Origin: Ostreococcus lucimarinus | Taxonomy: Eukaryota | Reading direction: 5' to 3' (one strand) | Length of the DNA stretch: 64,000 bases | Assembly: GCA_000092065.1 (NCBI GenBank) | Contig: CP000583.1 | Shown: positions 37,601-47,295 of the stretch, in pieces | Position numbering within the stretch: position 1 is the first letter of the stretch | How the letters are laid out: every line of letters starts with the position of its first letter | The notes under the pieces: model-generated | The model's input: the letters and a program-made list of their open reading frames with translations, nothing else | Databases searched by the model: none | Told to the model about the DNA's origin: nothing | Position numbers and translations under genes: made by a program

Positions 37601-38880
37601 ATCTTTTTTAGTAACTTTAACGCCAAAACTCGAGCGTTTATGTTCGTCGCGCCCCGCATGGAAGAGCAAATGTGGGTGGCGACAAGGCACATGCCCGGGC
37701 ATTTGAGATGCGGTGCCGAATTCATCGCAAGCGCTAGGACATCCTCATTCGTCGTTGCGTGCGAAAACATGTCCCGAGCGCCTTCACATCGCAGAATGTG
37801 GACAAGAATATCATCCAGTTCTTGTTCGACCGCGGAAATTCTTGAATTGGCGTCAAGGTTTAAAAATTTTACGCTGAACGCGTGCAAACGCTTGAAGTAA
37901 GAAGGAAACAAGTTTGTATCTTCGTACTTTGCCAAATAATCCGCTGCGCTTGCTCGCTGACTCGGATCCAGTGCCACCATGGAAGCAATCATCCCACGCG
38001 CTAAATCGTCGCTTACGCCAGTCGAGATCGTCTCGAGCGGATCGTGCTCGCCGCGACGATACGCCAACGCATCCGACAAATCGAACAAAGCCTTCCCATC
38101 CATGTACAGCTCCGCGAGCGTACACCCGAGGGCGAAAATATCAGCACTTGGAAGTAACTTCGCCGGCCTTTCATCGAGCATGTTATCCGTGACGGATGTC
38201 TTTTCATTCGAAAATCGCTCGGGCGCGATGCAACACCTCCGTCGTCCGTCATTATCAAAAAAGTATGTAAACTCCGCAGGGTTATCCGCGGGAATCTCCC
38301 CTGGTTTATAAGACGCGTAATCACTCAAAAAGCACCAACCCCACGACGTGACCAAGACGTTTTCGCACTTGATATCCCCGTGTTCAACCCCTCTCGCGTG
38401 CGAGTCTCTCGCCGCGTGCAACAACTGATACGCAAACCACGCCCGTTCCCTATCGCTCAAAAACGGTCTCGCGCTCAGCCTGTCGTGCAACGACATGTGA
38501 CAAAACTGTCGCATCAAGTACACCGCGCGTTCCGTCTCCAGCACCTTGGTGAACGGCCAGCAATGCGGGTACTCGGGCGCCGGCGTCGTCAGCGCCTCGC
38601 GAATCTCGTGCACCGCCCTCTCGTGCGCCCGCAAGTCCGGGAACGCGCCCGGCCGTTTCAGATATATCTTGACCAGCGCTATGCCATCGTCCCGCGCGCG
38701 CGCGCGCGCCGACGCGCTCGTCGGCGGCGCGCGTTTCGTGTCGTCGACGCGACAGATTATCGATTTCAAAAACCGACCCGTCGTGCCGATGAGTTGATCT
38801 TTGTAGACTAAACTCGGCACGTCCACCGCGAGGATATCGCTCATCTGCACCTTGGGAGGGGCGCTGTGTTGGTTACCCAT
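34699..38880 (-). CDS. VPS15: Vps15/PIK3R4-type PI3-kinase regulatory subunit: N-myristoylated protein kinase domain, HEAT repeats, C-terminal WD40.
   Basis: MGNQHSAP start. Kinase motifs HGDIKCENVLVTSWGW and DYASYKP. Long HEAT region. C-terminal WD repeats (GSEDGSCKIWD, DNGTVHAWRV). Confidence 0.85.
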   Translation of the reverse strand: MGNQHSAPPKVQMSDILAVDVPSLVYKDQLIGTTGRFLKSIICRVDDTKRAPPTSASARARARDDGIALVKIYLKRPGAFPDLRAHERAVHEIREALTTPAPEYPHCWPFTKVLETERAVYLMRQFCHMSLHDRLSARPFLSDRERAWFAYQLLHAARDSHARGVEHGDIKCENVLVTSWGWCFLSDYASYKPGEIPADNPAEFTYFFDNDGRRRCCIAPERFSNEKTSVTDNMLDERPAKLLPSADIFALGCTLAELYMDGKALFDLSDALAYRRGEHDPLETISTGVSDDLARGMIASMVALDPSQRASAADYLAKYEDTNLFPSYFKRLHAFSVKFLNLDANSRISAVEQELDDILVHILRCEGARDMFSHATTNEDVLALAMNSAPHLKCPGMCLVATHICSSMRGATNINARVLALKLLKKISPMATDHCILQQMLPYCASMLQDRAASVRAAALRAIAEILRFVEDIPQSDFGVFPEYIWPMVSNAAGDPERLVRVTLASVLAQLARLSLAFLQYAAANSGQGGDPISFDDELTVARTTVQNILYNLMGGKTGDADTATWEEMLANSTHLAHFFGRDDTKDFLMPLMITCLNAQSPQLRCAFFKYIAGVGKFIGRASCELVLVPCIDRCLIDVQDSVIANALRCMSTLVSPMDSDLERSKMIQVGKQATINVAKTASHLLCHPSAVVRNAAQEFFSTAAKSLGPVDAFTFLVPIVKPFLDKSDPSRFKLLSLTPEFLNEPEVLAMCLYPPPTRSAFESAVNTATGMRTAAVYAAVSARMDRPLDGQSFQNVNDETAIAAYNAEAEFPSIKAMSPYIKVLANARQTRLSVESTGGNNSPRFKSSEPPSIVEDVEAEEFVNVNNNDAWTTIFGPKRSLILPQDAQAIFLREDTENDALLVDTTSSSVVETLSAAVRRFDIGANRFKPNGPPDMETNVSTNAGDDSWTPRGILVAHLLEHRGTVTSIAVDREEVFFVTGSEDGSCKIWDTRRIEKDVSFQSRLTYASQGGRITSVASTSNSHIVSGSDNGTVHAWRVEYATKDAGKSPHERPVPDKYTGAAEIRHVNKEEGAVNAVASLSEHMGCYITQTGAVYGWDYRSPRDAFRMPLNPKIGVASSLALDTSGAASWLVIGTASGSINLLDMRFQTCVQEWNHPSRGAGIEAMAIAPTSRSSPGAVTRPLVWCSAGHDEVALWDIADGGCRRILRVLRGQGAALDAEARAQPIAMEANGRLRMVPQSQSALIHSSTLVNKAYGNFNEDLRADELMSMSSRPPGVRTLLALPNGAIISGSTDACIRVWHPGDANKSRIVSGKISGPRPKFAEKSVSGVVIQQEYPAPVPESSRKNISQGAAHERHDCHRDAVVALAAVSGAAGKMLISASRDMSVKVWK

Positions 38881-38985
38881 CGCTCACGACGTCAGCGCGC
38901 GCGGCGGGGCATGTGAACGCGCGAAGTTGTGACGTTCGCGTCGCGGCGGCGCGCGGAGACAGTTACGCGCTACGACGAGAATCGA

Positions 38986-40104
38986 TTACACATCAATGTT
39001 GAGCGAAATATCTAACGCGGTGACGCTGTGCGTGAGCGCACCGCTGGATATGTACGTCACGCCTGTTTGGCCGATGGCGTGGACGGTGTCTAGGGTGACG
39101 TTACCCGACGCCTCGGTGTCGACTCTGCCGTCGATGAGACGCACGGCGGCGGTCATGTCCTCCACGGACATGTTGTCGAGCATTAAACGAGTGACGCTGC
39201 CCGTCGGGACGTTCGGGTCGTCCAGAAGCGCGATCACGGTCTTCACCTCGTCCATCGTCCGCGCTTCGACCTCAATCTTGACGTCTTTGAGATTATTTTC
39301 GAGTAAATACTTTTCGCACGCCTCGACGGCGGCGGCGATGCCGCCCGCGGCGGCGATGTGATTATCCTTAATCATCACCATATCGAACAACCCTATTCGG
39401 TGATTCTTCCCGCCACCGATCAACACCGCCCATTTATCGAGAACTCGCAGGCCCGGGACTGTTTTTCGCGTCTCTAACATGATCGCCGGAGCCGCCGCCG
39501 CCGCGTACGCCGCCGTCATCGTCGCGATCCCGCTCATCCTTTGCATAAAGTTCAACACCACTCTCTCCGCGCGCAGGATGCTCCTCGCGCTTCCCGTGAC
39601 CCGCATGAACACCTCACCGCGTTCGATTCGTTCGCCATCGCGCTTCATCCACTCCACCTCTAACTCTGGGTCCACCGCCGCGAGCACGACGCTCCCCAGG
39701 TGCTCGCCCGCGAGCGTCCCGGTCGCCTTCGCCAGCAGCGTCGCCGTCGAGCGCGTGCTCGCGGGGATCGTGCTCAGCGAGCTCACGTCACCGACGTCAC
39801 CGACGTCCTCTTCGAGCGCGGCGCGCACGACGGCGTCGATCGAATACGTCGGGTGCGGCGGCGGGGCAATCTTCGGCGCGCGCGCGGCTTCGTCGGCGCA
39901 GCGCATCGCGCGCGAGACGACGCGCGCGCGCGAACGATTCGACGCGCGCGCGCGCGCGCTGATTCGGGCTCCCGGACGCGAGGGCGACGACGACGCAGCG
40001 CGCATCGGAAGCGCGGCGACGAGTGGCGCGCTATCCGCGCGCGCGCGCGAGGACGAACGACTCTCGAAATCGTGTACATTGCGTTCGGTGATCATCACAA
40101 ACAT
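38986..40104 (-). CDS. QPT: Nicotinate-nucleotide pyrophosphorylase (quinolinate phosphoribosyltransferase, NadC) with an N-terminal presequence.
   Basis: [58 protein letters not shown] and MLDNM QPRTase blocks. ATG at 40102-40104; the track ORF begins at GTG. Confidence 0.85.
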   Translation of the reverse strand: MFVMITERNVHDFESRSSSRARADSAPLVAALPMRAASSSPSRPGARISARARASNRSRARVVSRAMRCADEAARAPKIAPPPHPTYSIDAVVRAALEEDVGDVGDVSSLSTIPASTRSTATLLAKATGTLAGEHLGSVVLAAVDPELEVEWMKRDGERIERGEVFMRVTGSARSILRAERVVLNFMQRMSGIATMTAAYAAAAAPAIMLETRKTVPGLRVLDKWAVLIGGGKNHRIGLFDMVMIKDNHIAAAGGIAAAVEACEKYLLENNLKDVKIEVEARTMDEVKTVIALLDDPNVPTGSVTRLMLDNMSVEDMTAAVRLIDGRVDTEASGNVTLDTVHAIGQTGVTYISSGALTHSVTALDISLNIDV

Positions 40105-40151
40105 CGCGGGAGAAAAGAATCGAAATCGTGAACGATCGCGAGCGTCGTCGC

Positions 40152-40877
40152 TCACTTCGGGCACACCCCGAGGCGCGCGCACACGTTTTTTAAACTCGAC
40201 GCGAGCTCGTCCAACAGCACCGGGACGTACGGCTCGACGACGGCGTCGCACTGGTGCGCCAACTCCGCCCCGAGCGCCGCGCACAGCGCGTCGACCTCGC
40301 CGACGACGAACGATATCGTCGAATTCGCGCGCAATTCGTTCGCCAGCAAACGGCTCGCCATGACGCAATCCGCGCACGTCTCGTCGCTCGCCGACGCGTC
40401 GCCCCGCGCCGCCGCGCGAATCCTCGCCTCGTCGTCATCGCTCGTCACCATCGCCCCGCTCGCGTCCGCGACGGCGTCTTCGTCACCATCGCACATTTCC
40501 AGCGCCTTGCACGCCGCGTCACCGAGCTCGGGGTGATTTTCCAGGTACCGCGTCGCGAATCGCAGCCCGGCTTCGCCCGCCGCGACGCACACCGACATTT
40601 GACTCGCCTCCCCCCGCGTCGCTTTCGCGCACGCCTCCGCGATCGCCGCCGCCATCTCTCCCTGAAACTGTCCCTGTTCGATCTTCGCCTCCACCGCGCG
40701 CATGAACGTCTCGCACGCGTCGCAATCGCTCGTCGTCGTCGCGCGCGCGGTGCCCAGTCGCCATCGCGCGTCGTCGACGTCCAGCGCTCTCGCGCGCGCG
40801 GGCGTCGCGCGCAGCGCGCACGCGAGCGCGAGCGCGAGCGCGACGATCGCGCCGCGTCGCATCGCGCCGCGTCGCAT
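40152..40877 (-). CDS. Secreted saposin-like protein with two saposin-B-type domains and a signal peptide.
   Basis: [19 protein letters not shown] signal. Two C-x2-C...C...C...C-x5-C six-Cys SapB patterns (CDAC...EAC...SVC...CKALEMC and CADC...DALC...HQC...CARLGVC). Confidence 0.5.
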   Translation of the reverse strand: MRRGAMRRGAIVALALALACALRATPARARALDVDDARWRLGTARATTTSDCDACETFMRAVEAKIEQGQFQGEMAAAIAEACAKATRGEASQMSVCVAAGEAGLRFATRYLENHPELGDAACKALEMCDGDEDAVADASGAMVTSDDDEARIRAAARGDASASDETCADCVMASRLLANELRANSTISFVVGEVDALCAALGAELAHQCDAVVEPYVPVLLDELASSLKNVCARLGVCPK

Positions 40878-40967
40878 CGCGCGATGGCGACGGGGCGACG
40901 GCGACGCGCGCGGAACTCTGCGGACCGTTCGAGCCGGCGCGGCATCCGACGACGCGCGCGCGACGCG

Positions 40968-42431
40968 ATGCGCGCGAGCGACGACGACGGCGCGCGCGAC
41001 GGCGCGCGCGAGGACGACGACGCGTCCTCGAGCGAGGATTCCCTCGCGGACGCGCTCGAGGCGGAGCTGTTCGCGAGCGAACGCGACGACGCGGAGACGG
41101 ACGACGCGAGGCGGGCGACGGTGGGAAGCGCGCGCGCGCGCGAGGGACGCGAGGACGACGCGCCGAGGGTGGTGCGACGAAAGACGAACGCGCTTGGGGC
41201 GATTAAGGGGGCGAGCGCGGGAGAGGCGTGCGCGCATCCGGCGTTCATGTTTGACATTTGCGTGGTGTGCGGCGAGCGGCGAGCGACGGAGGACGCGCGG
41301 GGGGGCGCGGCGCGAGGGAGGGACGAGGGCGACGGGAGAGGGTTGCGCGGACACTTTACGACGTCGATGAAGTACATACACGAAGGGTTGACGCTGTCGA
41401 ACGAAGAGTTGGAAAAGGCGAAGCGGGAGGAAAAGGCGCGCGTGTTGCAAAACGGCAAGTTGACGTTGATTTTAGATTTAGATCATACGCTGCTGAATTC
41501 GACGCAGTTTAAGGAGTTGACGCAAGAGCAGCACGATTTGTTGCACGAGTGCATCGCGCGAGAGGCGGAGGGGTTGAAGGAAGGACAGCGACCGATGCTG
41601 TATTGCTTGCGTCACATGGGATTTTTCACAAAGTTGAGACCGCACGTGTTTGAGTTTTTAGAATCGGTGTCGAAGATTTGTCAGCCGTACGTGTACACGA
41701 TGGGGGACAAGCCGTACGCTAGAGAGATGGTGAAGCTGATTGATCCCGAAGGGACGATTTTTCACGGACGCGTGATTTCAAACAACGACTCCACGAGCTC
41801 GCACGTCAAGGATTTGGACATCGTTCTCGGCGGAGAAGCGAGCGCGATCATCGTCGATGACACCGAGCGCGTTTGGCCGCAAAATCAGGGCAATTTGATA
41901 CGTCTCGACCGCTATCACTTCTTTCCGGGAAGTGCGTCTTCGTTCCAACAAAAAGGACAATCCGTGATGGAGAGCTCGATGGTGGACGAAGGCGAGCTCG
42001 GTTCGGTGGGTAGTCGGGCCGTGCTCTTAGACGTATTGGCCGTCATAGAGAGCGTACACAGGAGCTTTTTCAAAAACACCGACGATGGAGAGGAACCGGA
42101 CGTGCGCAAGCTGCTCATTCATCCCGACCGCGCGGACTTACCGCTGAGCGGAGTCAAGTTTATGATGAGCGGCGTCACGACGCTGGGCGATCGAAGACCT
42201 GAGCGCCATCCTCTGCGACTACTCGCGTCCACGCTCGGCGCCGAGTTCGCATCATCCATCGAACGCGATGGCAACACCGTCACGCACGTCATCGCTCGCT
42301 CATCTGGTACCGATAAAGTGAAGTGGGCGAGAAAGACGAGCGGTCGCGTCTTCGTCGTCGAGCCCGGGTGGCTCGTCGCGTGCGCCAGGGCGAACACTCG
42401 AGTCAGTGAATCGCTGTACGAGCTCCAGTAA
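40968..42431 (+). CDS. FCP1: RNA polymerase II CTD phosphatase FCP1/CPL-like (FCP1-homology HAD domain plus C-terminal BRCT).
   Basis: LTLILDLDHTLL (DxDxT), ...IIVDDTERVWP, and a C-terminal BRCT-like LSGVKFMMSGV...VVEPGWL. ATG at 40968, in frame within the track ORF that starts at 40254. Confidence 0.75.
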   Translation: MRASDDDGARDGAREDDDASSSEDSLADALEAELFASERDDAETDDARRATVGSARAREGREDDAPRVVRRKTNALGAIKGASAGEACAHPAFMFDICVVCGERRATEDARGGAARGRDEGDGRGLRGHFTTSMKYIHEGLTLSNEELEKAKREEKARVLQNGKLTLILDLDHTLLNSTQFKELTQEQHDLLHECIAREAEGLKEGQRPMLYCLRHMGFFTKLRPHVFEFLESVSKICQPYVYTMGDKPYAREMVKLIDPEGTIFHGRVISNNDSTSSHVKDLDIVLGGEASAIIVDDTERVWPQNQGNLIRLDRYHFFPGSASSFQQKGQSVMESSMVDEGELGSVGSRAVLLDVLAVIESVHRSFFKNTDDGEEPDVRKLLIHPDRADLPLSGVKFMMSGVTTLGDRRPERHPLRLLASTLGAEFASSIERDGNTVTHVIARSSGTDKVKWARKTSGRVFVVEPGWLVACARANTRVSESLYELQ

Positions 42432-42539
42432 ATAAATTAACCGTAGACTAGAGTTGTCATTCGAGTAGGTATCCGTAGTCCCGCGCGCTTTCGGAAAGCG
42501 GCTTTCCATTCCGTCCCCGTCCGACGGCGCTCCAACTGT

Positions 42540-44480
42540 ATGCGCTCCTCAGAGTCCGACGCGATGAGCGCCACCGCCCGGCGCGGCTGGCGCGTTCCCG
42601 TGGTGGCGTTCATCACCGGCGTTTTCATCGCTACCGCGGTGTTGACGCGCGATTACACCGTCGGCGACGACGTGCTCGCCGCGCTCGTCGCCGGTGAAAT
42701 CTCGTCGATTAATGCTCAGGCGAGCGATTTCTCCTCTTTGCCGACGCCTCGCGCGCGAGCGAGCGATCCAGACGTCGACAACGCGCGTTGCTTTGAGCTG
42801 TGCGCGATCTTGCGCGCGGGTGTGGACGCGCGAACGAGGATTGGGGCGCTGGAGCTGCGGTCCTCGGCGCGAGCGGCGCTCGCGGCGACGAAACTGAGCC
42901 TGGCTCTTTGGGCGCGCGTGTTCTCGCCGGCGACGAACGCGATAACGGAAGGCGTCGTGCGAGGAACGCGCGCGGGGGGTCGGAGACTCGCGGTGATCGT
43001 GCGGGAGACAGAACCGAGGGTTCTGGCGCAGTGGGTGCTCGCGTGCGTCGGCGCGGCGTACGTGTATCACTTGTGCTGGCGGTTCGTCAAGCACTTGAAA
43101 CGGGCGCGATATAGGAACAAGCTTAGGTTTTTCATCATTAGGATGAGATTGCGCGCGTCGCGGCGGGTGCGAACGGCGTTGGAGCCGTACGCAAGGGTTT
43201 ATAGGCGAGTCGCGAGCGCCGGGACGGCGGTGAAGCGACGATATTCGCTCGTCGTGCGAGGAATACGTAGTAAAAGTCGATTGGCAGCGAACGCGTTGCC
43301 GCATGCGTTGTTTTTAGTCGTCGGGATGGGTGTGTTTCGCGTCATGCCGCGATATGCGAGGAATATGGTGCGGAAAAGAGAGATTTTGGCGACCATCTCG
43401 CTCCTCGTGCCGATGTTTCGAACCATGCTCGCCGTGGAGAGCGAAGACATGGCTCTTGTCGAAAAATGGTTGCGTTTCTGGGCATCGTGCGCGCCGTTCA
43501 TGATAGCCGTTGATTTTCCGTTCATATTCTACGGTGTTAGGTGGTTCTTTCCGTGGTGGCCCGAAGTTTTAGTGCTGTTTACGATGTGGTTGAACTCGCG
43601 CCTCACGCGCGGTAGTCAAATCATTTTGGAATTTTCCACACCGCTCGTTTCTCGGGCGATGGCGTACTTGAACGAGTCCAGTGGTACGACGGGTAAGATT
43701 TCCATACTTCTTCGTCGTTCGGTTCGACAAGCACTGCAGATTAGTGTCATCGTCATTCGCTTCCGTTCCCGACGAGCCTCAGAGGCGCTCCGCCTCGTTC
43801 TCGACAATATGAGCATTCCGTTGGTGATGTGTACGGTGTTTTTCTTCACACCAGGGCTGATGACGATATACGGTTGCGACATGGCCGGATTGGTCGTTCC
43901 GTTCGCGTTCACGGTGGACGGATTACTCAAGTATGCGCAATTGAAGGCGCAACCGCAACAGCCCAGTCGCGCGCAAGCTCGCAAGGACTTAGAAAAGCTC
44001 CATGAAGATAAGCTTCGAAACTGGTTGACTTACTGGCTCGCACATGCGATGATTTGGTCGCTGTCGCAAGAGCTTTCAAAAAGCGCACTCGGGTGGTTTC
44101 CGCTCTGGCGGCACACGCAACTGGCGGGAATTTACTGGCTTCAAGTATTCGGCGGCTCGCAACTCATCACGGCGCGCATGCAGGGTATCAAACAATCCAT
44201 CCTAGAGGATCATCAGAAAGCGTTAAAAGCAGCGATTTCAGCCGACTTGGACGCGTCCGAAGTCGAGGAACTGGCAAAGTTGAAAAAGACGTTGGACGCC
44301 TCGCAGCCTAGCGTGGAAACGACGCTCGACGAAACCTCAATTGACGACAAGAAGGATGATTCAAAACCCACCGATACCGATGGCGACGTCGACGCGGAAA
44401 CGATCACAAAATTAGACGTAGGAATCACCGCCGAGACCGTGCGCAAGCGCACGCCGACGGACGCGAACGGCTCGAACTGA
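42540..44480 (+). CDS. Membrane protein with two HVA22/TB2/DP1 (REEP-like) domains and an acidic C-terminal tail.
   Basis: Second domain WLTYWLAHAMIWSLSQELSKSALGWFPLWRHTQLAGIYWLQ matches REEP5 QWLTYWVVYGVFS...WFPFYY...LLW. The first domain (WLRFWASCAPFMIAVDFPFIFYGVRWFFPWW) is more divergent. Confidence 0.5.
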   Translation: MRSSESDAMSATARRGWRVPVVAFITGVFIATAVLTRDYTVGDDVLAALVAGEISSINAQASDFSSLPTPRARASDPDVDNARCFELCAILRAGVDARTRIGALELRSSARAALAATKLSLALWARVFSPATNAITEGVVRGTRAGGRRLAVIVRETEPRVLAQWVLACVGAAYVYHLCWRFVKHLKRARYRNKLRFFIIRMRLRASRRVRTALEPYARVYRRVASAGTAVKRRYSLVVRGIRSKSRLAANALPHALFLVVGMGVFRVMPRYARNMVRKREILATISLLVPMFRTMLAVESEDMALVEKWLRFWASCAPFMIAVDFPFIFYGVRWFFPWWPEVLVLFTMWLNSRLTRGSQIILEFSTPLVSRAMAYLNESSGTTGKISILLRRSVRQALQISVIVIRFRSRRASEALRLVLDNMSIPLVMCTVFFFTPGLMTIYGCDMAGLVVPFAFTVDGLLKYAQLKAQPQQPSRAQARKDLEKLHEDKLRNWLTYWLAHAMIWSLSQELSKSALGWFPLWRHTQLAGIYWLQVFGGSQLITARMQGIKQSILEDHQKALKAAISADLDASEVEELAKLKKTLDASQPSVETTLDETSIDDKKDDSKPTDTDGDVDAETITKLDVGITAETVRKRTPTDANGSN

Positions 44481-44571
44481 ACGCGATCGTGTAAAAACAG
44501 TTAAACAGTTACGCCGCGTACAGTTACAACGCTTCTCGCGTGCCTAAATTCACCACTCCCTAATCAATCAT

Positions 44572-45183
44572 CTATTCAATCGACGCCGAAAACGGCAATC
44601 TCTCGTTCAACACCGTCACATTCGTCCGTCCCCACGTCTCCGGATGCACCGCGTACGTCTCCGTGATCTCGTCCACGAGCGCCATCGACGTCTCGTCCGC
44701 CTCCGCGAAGCACGCGTGCGCTCGTCCCCACTCCGCGTGTCCTCTCGTCGCGATGAAGAAATCCGGCCCCGACCCGATCACGCACGCGTACCCTCGCGCC
44801 ACGATCGGCGCCTCGCCCTCCGCTCGTCCTCGCAATCCCTCCAGCGCGCCCTGCAGCAGCGCGTACGGCGGTCCCGGTCCACCGTAGCCATCCCTCGCGC
44901 CCGCCTCGGGCGTCGCCTCCGCCCTGTAAAACGACCCTCGTCGCGCCGCGCCGCCCGCGAGCTCGCGCGCGAGCGTCGGCGCCCAATCCTCGCGCAGCCG
45001 CAGCGCGATCGCGCGCGCGTCGCCGGCGCCGTCGCCGTCGAGCGTCAATCGCAGCGTCGCCCCGCGCGCGCGCTCCGAGTACCCGACGAACGCGTCCTCG
45101 CGCGATATCGCGCGCGCGCTCGACGCGCGCGGGCACAGCGCGACGACGAGCGCGACGACGAGCGCGCGACGCGCGCGCGGCAT
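44572..45183 (-). CDS. Secreted divergent cyclophilin-like-domain protein (weak call).
   Basis: Signal MPRARRALVVALVVALCP. IGSGPDFFIA...HAEWG...HACFA resembles the cyclophilin SMAN.GPNTNGSQFFIT...HVVFG core. The long Pro/Arg N-terminus of the track ORF is likely spurious. Confidence 0.3.
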   Translation of the reverse strand: MPRARRALVVALVVALCPRASSARAISREDAFVGYSERARGATLRLTLDGDGAGDARAIALRLREDWAPTLARELAGGAARRGSFYRAEATPEAGARDGYGGPGPPYALLQGALEGLRGRAEGEAPIVARGYACVIGSGPDFFIATRGHAEWGRAHACFAEADETSMALVDEITETYAVHPETWGRTNVTVLNERLPFSASIE

Positions 45184-45302
45184 CGCGCGCGGACGAGTGC
45201 GCGCGCGGTCGACGGACGGACGCGTCGATTGAAACGCGGCGATTGCGCGACGACGCGCGTCATTCAGCGACACCGCGCGACGCGCCGAGCGAGCGCGACG
45301 CC

Positions 45303-46295
45303 ATGGACGCGAGCGCGGGCATCGGAAGCATATCTCCGACGTCGCGATTCGTCCGCGACGCCGTCGCGGCGCGCGTGGAGGCGACGCGAGCGAAGGATGT
45401 CGAGACGTTGGCGACGCCGCTGGGGGCGACGTGCGTGGAATTCGATGACGTGCGGTACGCGGTGACGTCCGTCGCGGACGAGCGCGGAGGGAGGGTGCGC
45501 GTGGATGTGTCCGTGGGCGCGCCGGGGGGGGCGTTCGAGGAAAGGCGCGCGATGGAGGACGCGGCGACGTTGATTTGTTTGAGCGACGGGACGATTGCGG
45601 CGAACGAGAAGGCAAACGCGGGGTACGACGCGACGTTTCGCGTGGACGTGACCGCGATCGCGAGTTTGGAGGATGAAGAGCGACGCGAGGAGATCTTGCA
45701 GCGCGTGTCGAGGGTGCGAAATGCGGTGTACGGGGCGAAATTGCGCGGACACTTGCGAGAGCTGGCGGCGACGGGCGGAACGGAAGGCGCGCTCGACTGG
45801 TCGCCTCGACGAAGAGGGGAGACGATGTTCATAAAGCCGCAGAATGATCAGGTGACGGTAATATTTCCTATGCACTTCGCGGACGCGCGCGATGCGGTGA
45901 TAGCGACGCAGTTCTTGACGCAGTTTGCAGAGGTGCGACGCGGACAAAAGGAACTGTCGACGGCGCCGGCGGTTTCGTATCACAAGTCACCACCGTTGGA
46001 GTTAAAGGACGCTCCAGAGGAGATGATCGGTGGCGCGAACGGTGGTTATGTGTCGTTTGTGTTGTTTAAACGTCACGCCACGCCCGATCGCTTGGAGGCG
46101 ACGGTGTGGAACATTATGACGTTTCACGCGTTTGTGAGCTACCACATCAAATATTCCAAGGCGTACTGGCACAGTCGCATGCGTCAAAAGGTGGAGTCAT
46201 GGCTGAGCATCCTCAAGCGTGCGAAAAAGGTAGATCCAAGCGGTAACGGCAAAAAGATGACGACGGCGGACGGGCGGACGTTCGTGCGCAAGTGA
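45303..46295 (+). CDS. ARPC2: Arp2/3 complex subunit 2 (ARPC2, p34-Arc).
   Basis: C-terminal FVLFKRH...WNIMTFHAFVSYHIKYSKAYWHSRMRQKV is the ARPC2 signature. ATG at 45303; the track ORF starts at TTG. Confidence 0.75.
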   Translation: MDASAGIGSISPTSRFVRDAVAARVEATRAKDVETLATPLGATCVEFDDVRYAVTSVADERGGRVRVDVSVGAPGGAFEERRAMEDAATLICLSDGTIAANEKANAGYDATFRVDVTAIASLEDEERREEILQRVSRVRNAVYGAKLRGHLRELAATGGTEGALDWSPRRRGETMFIKPQNDQVTVIFPMHFADARDAVIATQFLTQFAEVRRGQKELSTAPAVSYHKSPPLELKDAPEEMIGGANGGYVSFVLFKRHATPDRLEATVWNIMTFHAFVSYHIKYSKAYWHSRMRQKVESWLSILKRAKKVDPSGNGKKMTTADGRTFVRK

Positions 46296-46362
46296 GCCGA
46301 TAACAATTAGAGTTGTAACGACGTCGGCTGTAATTTATTCATGAAACAAAGCGCCTCTGTAC

Positions 46363-47295
46363 CTAGAAGAACGGCGGAAGCAAGATAAACGGTCGGCGGA
46401 ACTTAGGCTTGCCATCCTTGCCGTCGAACAATTGTCTCAACCTCTTGTGCTTGGCGATGGCCCACTGCATCATTTGCGCCGCGCCGCAGCACATGAACGT
46501 GTATCCCATCACGCTCTGCGTCGCAATGTTGAACCCAAGCCATTGGTAAATCTCCGTCGCGTAGTTCGCGCACGTGACATAGTTAAACAGGAAACCAGTC
46601 GGGATAACGTAACCCTTAGCTCCATCCTTGCGCAAGTTGGCGAGTATGATATGGCATCGTAAGTTGCTCAACTGCATGACGGCGCTAAACGCGAAACCCG
46701 CCATCATTTGCGTCCTCCCCACAGGCGTATACGCCGGGTGGTTGATGAAATACGACATAAACGCCCCAAATGTCCAGTAGTATCCACAATTCCGCATGAG
46801 ATTAAAGATGGGCATCGTGGCGTGGGAGAATTTATGTACGAAGAACGTCTCCAAAATGCGCTTCGCATAGTGCGCCGTGTGAAAGTACATCGCCAGCGTT
46901 TGCGCCTCCAGCACCGGTTTTCCGGCGTTTTTGATGCCAAAAATCCCTCCATAAATCTCCTTGCGCATGAAATAAAACGGCAGGTACGCCAACAGCGGTC
47001 CGAGGTATTCGAAGAAGAACACCGCCTTGTAGCTCACCTGCGGTCCCAAATCCTTGAACACGATCGTGTCCCCGTCGTTCAGCCCGTACTCGCTCAACAG
47101 CGTATCGTCTCGGAGCGCCGTGCCTCTGGTCTCGCCTCGTGCGGGAACGGTCGTGAATCGCTGTCGAGACGGATAAAACTTGCGCTTCAGCGCGTGGAAC
47201 GAACGCTTGAGGTCGCTGACTTTGGCGTCGTTCGGGACGACGAGGCCGCCGGCGACGACGGCGCGCCCGCTTCGGGTGACGATTTGAAGCTTCAT
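46363..47295 (-). CDS. TECR: Very-long-chain enoyl-CoA reductase (TECR/CER10; steroid-5-alpha-reductase family) with an N-terminal ubiquitin-like domain.
   Basis: MKLQIVTRSGR...DLKRS UBL start. 3-oxo-5-alpha-steroid 4-dehydrogenase C-terminal domain (HPAYTPVG...NYATEIYQWLGF). Confidence 0.8.
   Translation of the reverse strand: MKLQIVTRSGRAVVAGGLVVPNDAKVSDLKRSFHALKRKFYPSRQRFTTVPARGETRGTALRDDTLLSEYGLNDGDTIVFKDLGPQVSYKAVFFFEYLGPLLAYLPFYFMRKEIYGGIFGIKNAGKPVLEAQTLAMYFHTAHYAKRILETFFVHKFSHATMPIFNLMRNCGYYWTFGAFMSYFINHPAYTPVGRTQMMAGFAFSAVMQLSNLRCHIILANLRKDGAKGYVIPTGFLFNYVTCANYATEIYQWLGFNIATQSVMGYTFMCCGAAQMMQWAIAKHKRLRQLFDGKDGKPKFRRPFILLPPFF

Noticed and set aside
15291-47295. A possible lipid-metabolism gene cluster (FabZ, sterol reductase, TECR).
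   Set aside because: The three genes are 1 kb to 30 kb apart and interleaved with unrelated housekeeping genes. They act in different compartments and pathways. This is chance co-occurrence in a gene-dense genome, not an operon-like cluster.
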